A stretch of DNA of 63,111 bases, the filler included, from Octopus bimaculoides (taxonomy: Eukaryota): the NCBI RefSeq assembly GCF_001194135.2. It is 4 parts of 4 records of this genome, joined end to end, with 100 filler letters (N's around TTAATTAATTAA, not from the genome) between each part and the next. Parts side by side here need not be neighbours in the genome. Positions count along the whole stretch, not along the records: positions 1 to 18,815 come from NC_068993.1; positions 18,916 to 44,201 come from NC_068983.1; 2 more parts are not named here. One strand, given 5' to 3'. This document shows, piece after piece, positions 12,207 to 23,372 of the stretch (position 1 is its first letter; every line of letters starts with the position of its first letter). The position numbers and the translations under genes are program-made. The notes beneath the pieces are model-generated. The model saw only the letters and a list, made by a program, of their open reading frames with translations, did no database searches and was not told the DNA's origin.

Positions 12207-14232
12207 GTTTCTTTATTAGTCACAAAGGGTCGAACACAGAGGGTACAATACAATGTAGAACTTTTGTTTTCGAAAGAAAGGAAAAAAAACCGACCAAAAG
12301 GGATCGAAAGCGTTTGGGACGTGTAAACAGCAAAATAAGGGAGAATAACAATGTAAAACAGATTAGGTTTATCTGTGGAAAGAAAAGCTTACGAAAAAGA
12401 CCACGGTAACCNNNNNNNNNNNNNNNNNNNNNNNNNNNNNNNNNNNNNNNNNNNNNNNNNNNNNNNNNNNNNNNNNNNNNNNNNNNNNNNNNNNNNNNNN
12501 NNNNNNNNNNNNNNNNNNNNNNNNNNNNNNNNNNNNNNNNNNNNNNNNNNNNNNNNNNNNNNNNNNNNNNNNNNNNNNNNNNNNNNNNNNNNNNNNNNNN
12601 NNNNNNNNNNNNNNNNNNNNNNNNNNNNNNNNNNNNNNNNNNNNNNNNNNNNNNNNNNNNNNNNNNNNNNNNNNNNNNNNNNNNNNNNNNNNNNNNNNNN
12701 NNNNNNNNNNNNNNNNNNNNNNNNNNNNNNNNNNNNNNNNNNNNNNNNNNNNNNNNNNNNNNNNNNNNNNNNNNNNNNNNNNNNNNNNNNNNNNNNNNNN
12801 NNNNNNNNNNNNNNNNNNNNNNNNNNNNNNNNNNNNNNNNNNNNNNNNNNNNNNNNNNNNNNNNNNNNNNNNNNNNNNNNNNNNNNNNNNNNNNNNNNNN
12901 NNNNNNNNNNNNNNNNNNNNNNNNNNNNNNNNNNNNNNNNNNNNNNNNNNNNNNNNNNNNNNNNNNNNNNNNNNNNNNNNNNNNNNNNNNNNNNNNNNNN
13001 NNNNNNNNNNNNNNNNNNNNNNNNNNNNNNNNNNNNNNNNNNNNNNNNNNNNNNNNNNNNNNNNNNNNNNNNNNNNNNNNNNNNNNTAGAACGCCTACAT
13101 GGAATTGAAGTTGCACAAGTTTGATCTCGGACGGCAGAGTTGCTCGAGAGCAAGGTGGCACGCACGGTACCATTGCCTAGCTTCGGTCTCTGTTTGATCC
13201 ATGACTGCAGTTCAGCCAAAGAGACGAGCTGCGGGAAAGCGCGTCTCACAAACGGTGACCACACCTGTTCACCGTCGTCGCAGTCTCTGCGCATGTCTGC
13301 GCATCATCAACCAAGGCATTCCAAGCCCTCCGTTTAGCGGGTGTTGAAAGCAAACAGATAGCCTAACCATCGGAACTGTTCCCTTCCACAAAAAGCGGAA
13401 GAGTATGCGTACCAGTTTAGTGATGGTAGGGTCAGGACAAGGCACGATGGACAGACGGTAATAGGTGACTGATGCAATGTACGCGTTCCCCACTTCCGCC
13501 CGACCTTTTAGGGATAGCTTCCTCTCGTCCCATTGCTGGGTGAGAGTGGCCACCCTACTCGTTATCTCGTCCCAATTCTTCTCCATTTGCAGGTCTGGTC
13601 CGAACCAGATCCCGAGCAATTTAACCGGTCCGTCGGTCCAGTATCCCACGATCGAGACACTGTTGGACGGCACGGGCTTGCTTCTCCAGGTGCCAAGCCG
13701 CAAGCTCACTGACTTTTCCGGGTTAATTTTTGCTCCCGTTACCGCTTCGTATTCTTTTAGTGTATGAAGACACGCTCTTCCTGCATCCCAGTTCTCGCGG
13801 GATGCCCCTCAGCGTCGCCAGCATCCGCGGTAGTGACTCTAGAGTCTATACGTACAGAAGCGACGAGAAGGGGCAACCTTGACGGGCCGAACGCGTGACG
13901 TTAAATGGTCTGGATAGATGACTATTTACGCGAACTACTGAGCGGATGCCGCTGTATAAGGCAGCGATCCAACCACGAAAGACAGGACCGAAACCATCCG
14001 CTCTAAGGAAAACCTCCAAGTAACGATGGTCGATCCTATCGAAAGCTTTCCATTGATCCAAATTGATCAGCGCCCCACCCATGCCAGGTTCCTTAACTAC
14101 CCTGTCTATGATGTAGCGCATCAGATGGAGGTTGTCATGGATACTCCTGCCCAGCACGGCGCATGTCTGTGTTTTGTCGACCAGTTTCTGTGCCTTGTCA
14201 ACCAGCCATCTTATTTCTATTTCTGGGGACAC
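12207..14232 (-). mobile_element. Tx1/L1-like LINE RT fragment with 3' end (AATAAAGAAAC), spanning a gap, (GATA)n on both flanks
   Basis: [15 protein letters not shown]...[16 protein letters not shown]...[11 protein letters not shown]; KLLGIWFG...LSLKGRAEV; polyA-like signal at 12207-12217. Confidence 0.9.
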
Positions 14233-14264
14233 GTCTTTAATTTTTACCTTTGTTACAGACAGAC

Positions 14265-14323
<59 letters not shown>

Positions 14324-14353
14324 CGGACGGACGGACAGAAAGACAGACATATC

Positions 14354-14414
<61 letters not shown>

Positions 14415-14416
<2 letters not shown>

Positions 14417-15000
14417 TGGTGGGGATCTTTTGTTCTTGAATTGCATGGAGGTAACCTTCAAAGTAAGATGTAATAAACTTGTTGGAACTCCATGCCAAAC
14501 TTTTGACATGATGAATCGCGTCCATGGTTTGAGTTTTTCTTGCCAAGTACCTTAATGTTATGGGCATTTAACTGGTTAAGATACCTGTCGTTCCTTAGTA
14601 AATGTTCTCTGTTTAGTGACAAGTATCTTCTTTCTACATTATTTCTCAGTCTCTTCGGTTTAAGGGCGGAGTGGAAGAAGCCTCTTTTTACACATACTCA
14701 TCAATATCTCGTCATCATGGGGTGTGACTCTGTTGAAAATCGCTCTGTCCACTAGTAGATTGAGGAATTTTCTGCCGATGTCTGTGATTAGGTGCCTAAG
14801 TTCCTAATTATAGCAGGAATGGATGAGGCTTCTATAGATACGAACTTTTTCTCAGAATTTCTGTAGGAGTAACATTCGCATGTCTTACATTCAGGAAAAT
14901 CAACCTTTATTAAGTTGATGGCAATAGCTATAATTAGGCGGAAATATTTGTAAATGCTTATAACACACTTCCTAAACGTATTCATGTTGTGGCCATTCCA
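14415..15000 (-). mobile_element. 5' piece of the split R4/Dong-like LINE, piece 1 of 3; upstream limit uncertain
   Basis: [31 protein letters not shown] resembles the EGY..AIQEQ motif that precedes the zinc finger; more degenerate upstream. Confidence 0.7.
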
Positions 15001-15583
15001 TGTGGTCATTGTTAGGACGTCGTCCACTGGTCATACACAGGACCGAACTGGGGAGTGTGTATGTATGTTTTTGTAAGGCAACCATGATAAATAACCCTAT
15101 GATGTTAGCTTCATCGTTGCTCCTGATGGAAACGTCGAACAGTGGGTGAAACAAGAATGATGACTTCGTAGAGTTCACAGTGATTCTGACAAAGTTGTCA
15201 CTAATTCTATTAAATTCTTTGTCGAAGAATTCAAGAGAAGTTATTTCGATATTAAACGGTGGAAAGTCACAATTTGAAATTGGGTGAATTTGCAAGTTGC
15301 TTTATTTTCGTTGCTTCCAAACCAGTTAATTAGAGTGGTGCTGCTATCCCATTTAATCAGGCCTGCAACCTTCCTGATATTCTGAGTAAATATCTTAATT
15401 TCTACTATAAGATAATCTCTATTAACCTTGTAAGATATTCCATATTTATAATCCTATTTCATATGAATAAATTATAGCCAAGAGCTGAGATTTTCATATG
15501 CATCGTATTAAACATAAATTTACAAGAACAAATTTCAGGAAGAAAATAAAACATGAATAAAGCAACATTAACCAGACAAGACA

Positions 15584-15804
15584 ACGCATTCTTACTCGTA
15601 CTAATACATACTTACTTGTACTAATACTGACAATAGATTAGTCTCCTCTGGAAAAACACATTTTTAGTAATGAAAAGAATAGCTGATGAATTGGCTATTC
15701 TTCCAACACGTTTGCTTAAAGCAAATTTAACTAGCAATATAAGTGAATTCTGCAATCTTCTGGCTTTTGATTTTATTGAATTGTAAAACAATATTTCGCA
15801 TAAA
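15584..15804. repeat. Copy 2 of the ~230-bp direct duplication
   Basis: Matches 3267-3493. Confidence 0.95.
15616..15647 (-). CDS. Candidate 32-nt coding microexon (K)ETNLLSVLVQ following the sushi exon
   Basis: Canonical tttttccag acceptor and GTAAGT donor; entry phase 1 matches the exit phase of the sushi exon; no stop in that frame; no transcript evidence. Confidence 0.5.
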
Positions 15805-16071
15805 ATTTAGTAAACGTGCTAACGTTTCTGCCAGCTCGCCGCCTTTTGCTGTATTAATACAAGTGTAATACAGTTCTGTCGTAACCGTTTATTTACTTCT
15901 GTGCGTCTTGACAGATGACTTGGATAAGAAACTTGAAGTCATGAATTATTTAGTTGGACTAACCGGATATTAAACATTTATTCAACAAAGATATTAAATT
16001 AATCTTTATTTTGTTCGTAGGTTAATCATGCAATCATATTCATTACTAATCACACACACACACGCACACGC

Positions 16072-16119
<48 letters not shown>

Positions 16120-16120
<1 letters not shown>

Positions 16121-16440
16121 AACGTGTGGATTAGTGGCTAGGGTATTCGACTCACGATCGTAAGTGTGTGAGTTTGATCCCAGGCAGTACGTTGTGCCCT
16201 TGAGCAAGATGCTTTATTTCACATTGCTCCAGTCTATTCAGCTGGCAACTCCCCCCCCCCAAAAAAAAAACAAGTTGTACCTGTAATTCAAATGGCCAGT
16301 CTTGTCACATTATGAATCTCCTGTGAACTGCGTTAAGAGTATGCGTGTTCGTGGAGTGCTCAACTACTTACACGTTAATTTCACTAGCAGGCTGTTCCGG
16401 ATCAATTAGAACACCGATGGACTGTTAATTTTGGCACTCA
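16120..16440 (+). mobile_element. tRNA-derived SINE (family E/C-related)
   Basis: GTGGATTAGTGGCTAGGG...GAGTTTGATCCC head; body resembles other copies. Confidence 0.7.
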
Positions 16441-16617
16441 GTCGGTTATATTTACCTTCGCAGTAATATATTATTTAAAACGACTACGAAGAAAGTAAGG
16501 GACTCAATTTCTGTTATTTAATCTGGTGCTCCTCTGTATGTTTAGTTAAATTATTGAACGAACAATACAAAAGAAAGAATTAATGAGTAAAAATATATAA
16601 ATAAATCTGTTACTTAC

Positions 16618-16782
16618 TGAGACAAGCTGGCAGAGTGGTATTCCATTTGGTTCCGTCACATTGGAGAGTCCGTGATCCAAATAAATGATAACCGGCTTTA
16701 CAGTCAAAGGTAATCATCCCACCGTTGTGTTTAATTGTTATTTGTCCATAAGCGAAGTACTTTGGTACTTTACATTTTGTAC
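16618..16782 (-). CDS. Internal exon encoding one sushi/CCP (SCR) domain of an extracellular protein
   Basis: 165 nt; tttatttag| acceptor and |gtaagt donor; phase 1-1; TKCKVPKYFAYGQITIKHNGGMITFDCKAGYHLFGSRTLQCDGTKWNTTLPACL has the four-Cys, GY.L.G, W and P.C CCP consensus. Confidence 0.93.
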
Positions 16783-17399
16783 CTAAATAAACAAACAAAA
16801 ATAATAATAATATTAATATTGCTGAAGAAAAGTTAGACTAACATTAAAAATCACATTCAATGTTAGAAATAAAATAATAAATATAAACGAGTGAGCCATC
16901 CCGGAAATAACTACATATCCAGTAATATACTGGAGAGCCTAAACACCCCATTCCCAAGCAATCATCCTAAAGCGAAATAGATAGGATATATTTAATCGAT
17001 ACACATGAAATTAGAAGAAAAGATGGAGTTCAAAAATTATCTGGAAGTAAGCAACTGAATAAGCAGATACGGAAAAATCAACAAAAAGATATGTTGTCTA
17101 TGTAGTTTGTACAAACACAGGCATAAAACTATTCTGCACTATGTTTATATTCTATATTTAAATTAAGTGTTCTGGAATGATGCCAAACGGTTTGCTTATT
17201 CATTTTCTATTTTAATTAATATCCACTAGCTCAATGAGAAACCACTTCAAGCCACCTTTGATAGACATTTTCAGCACCACATTTTTCAATTGCAGTTTAG
17301 ACCGGAGTTTTAGTGATAAGCCAAACTAAGCACACAGTAATACCTATTACATCACGTCATGTGGCGAAAACTTATATATATATATATAATATTGGTTTT

Positions 17400-17758
17400 A
17401 AACTTTAGCAATTGGGATGGGGAGAGGTTATGTCGATTATATCGATCCTAGTGTTCAACTGGTACTTATTTTATCGACCCCGAAAGGATGAGAGGCAAAG
17501 ACCACCCTGACAGCATCTGAATTTAGAACGTAAAGTCGGAAGATATATATATTTTATTTGTTTCAGTCATCAGATCGAGGCCATGGTTGAGCACCGCCTT
17601 GAGGAATTTTTTGTGGAATCTATCGACCCCAGCACTTTTTTTAAAGCCTGGTACTTATTTTATCGGTCTCTTTTACTGAACCGCTAGCTTACGAGGACGT
17701 AGACACCAGTACCGACCATCAAGCGGTGGGGGATAAACGCAGATACACACACACACCA

Positions 17759-17760
<2 letters not shown>
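17400..17760 (-). mobile_element. Adjacent SINE fragments (family A then family B)
   Basis: Similarity to other copies in the window. Confidence 0.75.
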
Positions 17761-17796
<36 letters not shown>

Positions 17797-17877
17797 AGTT
17801 CAAATTTACAAAAGACAAAGACAGGTAAGGAAACAACAAGCAGGTGTATTAGCTTAACGCTCGGGAAGAATGGAAAA

Positions 17878-17907
17878 GTTTCGAGCCTACGCTCTTCGAC
17901 AGAAAGG
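17878..17907 (-). ncRNA. Degenerate hammerhead-like motif (CUGUCGA core), cleavage triplet deleted
   Basis: Reverse CCTTT-CTGTCGA-A-GAGC(GTAG)GCTC-GAAAC-TTTT; same repeat family as 36366-36401. Confidence 0.35.
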
Positions 17908-17938
17908 ATTGAGAGGGAAAAAATGGAGAGGGAAAATG

Positions 17939-17975
<37 letters not shown>

Positions 17976-18859
17976 AGAGAGAGAGAAAACAAATGTGTAG
18001 AGATAAACGGTCTAACATGATGAAATGACCGGAAAAAAGAGGCTGAGCGAAAGGGAGACAATAATGGTGACCCGGCTGAACTAGGGTGTGCAAACACGTG
18101 TGTCTGTAAGGACGGTGTGTGTGAGTGTGTATGTATGAATGAGGGTGAGCGCATGTGGATGTATGTGTAAGCAAGCTTAAAATTGTGGGCCCTTTGTGTG
18201 CGTATCAGAGTGTGTGTGTGTATGTGTGTAATTAACCCAGTACATGCATTTTGTGAAGTGATGAGCGTTTTTGTGCGTGTGTATCCCCGAATAGACGTGT
18301 GTATATGCGTGTGAGGCTTTGTATAGAATGTATGTGAGGCTATCGTGTGTGTGAGCGTGTGCAAACGCTTCAGCCTGTGTGTGCGTATTTGAGCGTGTGT
18401 GCATGTGTATAAGTAACCTAGTGTGTGCGTTGTGCGGCGTGATGTGCGTTTCATGCATATTTTGTGTGAATGAGAAAAAATATCATGCATGCCTGCAAAG
18501 CACATCTCGAAGGAAGGAAGTCAATATGAAAACCAATAGTAAGGTCTGATGGCAGCAGCGTGAGCGAACACACAAACACAGAGAGATAAAGGAACGGTAA
18601 CAAAAGTTGGGGTCAAGGACAGCGCCAGCGGCAACGGGGGGGGGGTAAGGGAAGGGTCATTGTGCTACTAATAACAACGATAACGGTGACAATATAAAAG
18701 GCATAAATCTATATACACACACATAGGTACACATGCGAAACACAGAGATGCGTACGTACACGCACGCACACTCACACACACACACACACGTACACACTCA
18801 CACACACACACACACNNNNNNNNNNNNNNNNNNNNNNNNNNNNNNNNNNNNNNNNNNNN

Positions 18860-18871
18860 TTAATTAATTAA
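18860..18871. other. Assembly gap marker TTAATTAATTAA inside N runs (also 44246-44257 and 60683-60694)
   Basis: Identical 12-mer embedded in N runs three times; not biological sequence. Confidence 0.95.
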
Positions 18872-18915
18872 NNNNNNNNNNNNNNNNNNNNNNNNNNNNN
18901 NNNNNNNNNNNNNNN

Positions 18916-19696
18916 CAAGTCATAAAAGGCGGCAATATCACGTAATGGTCATTTGCCCGAACAAGCATAATTATTGGTAATCCCATTAGTTAAAATTACT
19001 TCCCATATACGAATTCTAAACTTTCGTCAAAGAAATCTTTCATGAAATACGGTTCTTAGAATTCGGATATGAGCAGTCATAAAAACCCTGATTTTTGGGA
19101 AATTAATCAGTGATCGTAGGATGTTACTAAACTCCACGACACTCACTCCTTGAGATATTGGCTATTTTTTATGCCATGTCTATGACTTAAATCCAACAAG
19201 ACTTATTTGAATTGTTGTGAACTCTAGTAGTTAGTGTGAAGGATTAGCTAGTGTGAATTTTAAGTCGTAACTCTACGACAAAATTACTTTACTTTTCAAT
19301 TGTACTATAAATGCTAAATGTACATAAATAAACTGATGTAGTTATTATTTTCTCTTTCTTCACGCTCTTCAACTTGTTACTGAAATTTATTTCTGCAATT
19401 ATGATGAAACTGTATTTTTTTATAGCGGTTAAAAGAACACGAATTTATTTATCGTCAACATACATGCACGCAATAAAATGTCCGTTAGCGTTTCAGAGTA
19501 TATATTTCTCGCTATGGTTTTTTTATGTAGCTGGAGTCAGGATGTATGTATAAAGATATCACTTATAAATAAGTTATAAGTGACGTGTTTATCAATATCT
19601 ATTCCTACTTCAAAAGTAAAATATATTTATTATCTATTTCTAAATAGGAAACATATAAAAGTAGTGTTAAAACAAATAGTAACCAAACCGGCTATA
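18916..19696 (+). repeat. 5' LTR of a Ty3/Gypsy element (first ~5 nt lost in the gap)
   Basis: The other copies show the start TGTAGCAAG; ends GCTATA, followed by PBS-like TGGTGACC at 19702-19709. Confidence 0.85.
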
Positions 19697-19701
19697 AAAA
19701 G

Positions 19702-21205
19702 TGGTGACCTACCGACGTAATCATGTAGATAAACCATCACATCATAAAAGTATTAAGATTTTCAATAGAAAATAGATGACAGTTTCATTACACAAAATTT
19801 TATTAATAGAAATATTTGATATTAAAAGTTGAAGGAAAAAGAACGCTGATGAAATAAACAATAGTTATAAGAAGTTTAACTACACTTTCTAGCAAATTGA
19901 AATTATATTTCATAGCTGTTGAAAGCATTATTTCACTAAGAGCAAAATTTTCTGTTTGAAAAGTATAATACATTTGAATGGAAGAAAATATTAAAGAGTT
20001 TGAAATGTCTTATTTTGATAGAGGATATATGCTAGCTTCTATGACAGTTTTGTCCCCTGCTTGGACGGGAGATACCACTATCTTGTTTGCTAAATTAGAA
20101 GCAAGTTTTACAGCAAACAGAATAACAACAGAACAACAGAGGCACAAAAGCATAACATTATGTTAAGTAACTTATCACAACCTCTGAGTAATGAAATTAG
20201 GGACTTATTAGTAGATCCTACTGAACCGTTTTCATATTCTTCCGTAAAGGAAGAGATACTAAAGAGGATTTCCAATTCAAAGCAAAAAGAATTTGCTAAA
20301 CTGTTCAATAACGAATAACTAGGTGACAGAAAACCTACTCAACTTCTTCGTAGAATGAAAGAACTTCTCGGAAATCAACAGATAGAAGAGTCTTATCTTA
20401 AAGAAGTTTTCTTTGGCAAGTTACCTCATAGTACTCAAACACTACTTTCAGCGGTGAAAGTTTAGAATTCGTATATGAGCAGTAATTTTAACCAATGGGA
20501 TTACCAACAATTATGCTTGTTCGGGCAAACGACCGTTACGTTATATTGCCGCCTTTTATGACTTGCTACATAAGCCCCTCAGCGGTGAAAGAGCAAGATT
20601 CTCTCAAATGGTATATTGGAATTGTCATCTAGAGAGTCAGTAAAGTCAGACAAGATCGAAAGTCTTCAACTGGGAAGAAATAAACGCTCTTATAACAGAA
20701 ATAATGCAAGATGGTGTAGATCAAAAATTCCAAAAGAAATGCTATATGCTGCTACCATTCAAAGTTTGGTGACAAATCTTATTGTATTAAGCCATGCTCG
20801 TTTGATTTTCTGAACAAACAAAGGTCGGGAAACTTTTCAACCACAGATTAGACGCGACGAAATATGTGGACAACTTCATAAATAGTCGCGTATTCTTCAT
20901 ATTTGACGCTAACTCCAAACAAAGATTCTTAGTGGATACAGGAGCAGCTTGTTCCATTTGGCTAGCTGAACATTTGAAAGAGAAACCTAAGCCTGCTTAT
21001 TTGACTCTACAAGCAGTTAATCAGTCTGACATCCAAACATTTGGAGAAATTAGTTTAACTCTCGATTTGCATTTAAGGAGGGAATATAAGTGAATTTTCA
21101 TTGTAGCAGATTTGCCTTATCCGATATTGGGGATAGATTTTCTTTCCCATTACAATTTAATGGTAGATGTCAAGAAACAAAGATTAATTGACACAGTAAC
21201 GTGTT
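19702..21205 (+). mobile_element. Ty3/Gypsy gag-protease pseudogene, truncated after the protease
   Basis: Gag motifs LSPAWTGD...EASF...EIRDLL...LGDRKPTQLLRRMKELL; C-YH-KFG knuckle; protease FLVDTGAACSI...ILGIDFL. Confidence 0.92.
20456..20578 (-). repeat. Inverted copy of a PPT-like tract plus the first ~115 nt of the LTR, inserted in gag
   Basis: Reverse GGGGCTTA|TGTAGCAAGTCATAAAAGG...; flanked by the direct repeat TCAGCGGTGAAAG at 20448-20460 and 20579-20591. Confidence 0.85.
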
Positions 21206-21210
21206 TATCA

Positions 21211-21928
21211 ATATTTATTTTACTTTTGAAGTAGGAATATATATTGATAAACACGTCACTTATAACTTATTTATAAGTGATATCTTTATACATAAATCCT
21301 GACTCCAGCTACATAAAAGCCATAGCGACAAATATATACTCTGAAACGCTAACGGACATTTTATTGCGTGCATGTATGTTGACGATAAATAAATTCGTGT
21401 TCTTTTAACCGCTATAAAAAAAAATACAGTTTCATCATAATTGCAGAAATAAATTTCAGTAACAAGTTGAAGAACGTGAAGAAAGAGAAAATAATTACTA
21501 CATCAGTTTATTTATGTAAATTTAGCACTTATAGTACAATTAGAAATTAAAGTGATTTGGTCGTAGAGAGTTAAGACTTAAAATTCACACTAGCTAATCC
21601 TTCACACTAACTACTAGAGTTCACAACAATTCAAATAAGTCTTGTTGGATTTAAGTCATAGACATGGCATAAAAAATAACTAATATCTCAAGGAGTGAAT
21701 GTCGTGGAATTTAGTAACATCCTACGATCACTGTGTAATTTCCCCAAAAATCAGGGTTTTTATAACTGCTCATATCCGAATTCTAAGAACCGTATTTCGC
21801 GAAAGATTTCTTTGACGAAAGTTTAGAATTCGTATATGGGCAGTAATTTTAACCAATAGGATTACTAATAATCATGATTGTTCGGGTAAATGACCATTAC
21901 GTGATATTACCGCCTTTTATGACTTGCT

Positions 21929-21931
<3 letters not shown>
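21211..21931 (-). repeat. Second LTR copy in inverted orientation (missing ~65 nt at the U5 end), abutting (AT)n
   Basis: Reverse complement of 18916-19630 at roughly 93% by eye; ends CTACA. Confidence 0.93.
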
Positions 21932-21970
<39 letters not shown>

Positions 21971-22392
21971 ACGAGTTTCGGTCAGCCAATTTCGCCCACA
22001 ATGCTTTGGTCGCCCTGGGATTATGGTAGAAAATGCTGCAAAAAGGGAGTGAACTCGAAACTACATGATTGCAAAATGCGTTGTTCATCTCACAGGTATG
22101 TCTGCACCGATGTGAAATAAAATTGGGAGTTTGATATTTATGTCTCCCGGCAAATAAAGCATAGTGGCTTGGGCAGAATATTGAAATTATGTCCCAGTAA
22201 AATCACATACATTTCACTGCCTTGTTTATAAATATAAGGCAAGACTGATACAGACAATTTCTTAAAATCATCTCCCCTTGTCGTTAACAATAACCGCTAG
22301 GTTTTCGTTTTCTTCCTCCAGTGACAAAGGAAACTTCAAGTAATTGAGAATCTTTTGTTTGTACGTCGGATAATAATTATCACTTAATTTAC

Positions 22393-22477
22393 CGTATTTA
22401 CTCGTTTTCAATTGGCATTATTTTATACTTAATTTTAATCGATAAACTGAGGTGCGACTTATACACGAGTAAATACG
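22393..22477. mobile_element. Tiny MITE-like element with 12-bp TIRs
   Basis: CGTATTTACTCG ... CGAGTAAATACG. Confidence 0.55.
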
Positions 22478-23372
22478 ATAACTTACCTGCTACTATAAAC
22501 TACTATGAAGAAATGGTAAAAGCAATGTTAGTTTATTATACACAAAATATTGATGATCGCTTAAGAAAGTTTTTCCTCAGTAGTTTAATTATTAAGTTGA
22601 TTCTTAAGTATATTAATTATTCTTTGAGAATGATTTGTGTTCTTTTTAATTGGTGATTGTAGAGGAAGTAACAGAGCCCATGAGCCTTGCCGGTCTTCCG
22701 AGACTGGTGAGGTTGATGCTATTAATGCTTCATTTAAACTGTTCCGGGTCAACCAGATTTGGAGGATGAATGATTGCGTATTGTAGTTTGTGTGGGAAAA
22801 GGGACGGGTGGGCGCTCAGATGTAATGAAAGGTGGCGAGACAAGTATGCCGGTGATGTCAGTGGCGTAGGTACAAAACGAGCCAACTCCGAGGAGTAAAG
22901 GCCGTAATAGGAGCGGCAGAAAACAGAACCAAATGTATGAAGAGCGCTGGTATTTCGTTAAAGAGCATTTGATATGGTTAAGTAACAGATGACAATCCCA
23001 TTACTGATTAAAAATAAATAATTGACGATTAGATAAACATGGCAGATATACTGAATGGTTTCAAGAAATTAATTTCGACGCTGATAACCTGAAATGCAAA
23101 ATAAATAACTTCACTCATCGATTAAATTTCAAAACGACTAATACATTACTCAATATGTAACAGTAATATAGACTTTTTTAAAGGAGCTAGTGTTACCAAT
23201 AGGTCATATGTACAAAGTCAAGTGTGTGTGAGTATGTACGTGTATATGTATATCTCAAGTCATTTTAGACTACAACTGTTGTTTTGTTGTGTACGAAAAG
23301 CAAAACAACAGTTGTTGACTAAGATAGGTTTTGTATATGTACATACAACATACATACGTACATACATGTATA

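Noticed and set aside
12220-13294. Long ORFs of 250-350 aa here and at 26.9-27.6, 33.8-35.0, 50.4-51.1 and 52.0-53.0 kb
   Set aside because: They are open only because they run through N gaps and microsatellites.
14972-15295. 107-aa protein-like ORF on the minus strand downstream of the microexon
   Set aside because: No usable acceptor and no recognisable domain; it abuts the degenerate 5' piece of the R4-like LINE and may belong to it. Left uncalled.
18860-18871. TTAATTAATTAA repeated three times at distant sites
   Set aside because: Always embedded in N runs; a scaffolding marker with stops in all frames, not a genomic motif.
22481-22510. Strong minus-strand donor GCAG|GTAAGT with nearby AGs (possible 6- or 16-nt microexon)
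   Set aside because: No independent support; such signals occur by chance in AT-rich introns.
22680-22990. GC-richer unique-looking segment
   Set aside because: No frame combines an open reading with compatible splice sites; no recognisable motif.
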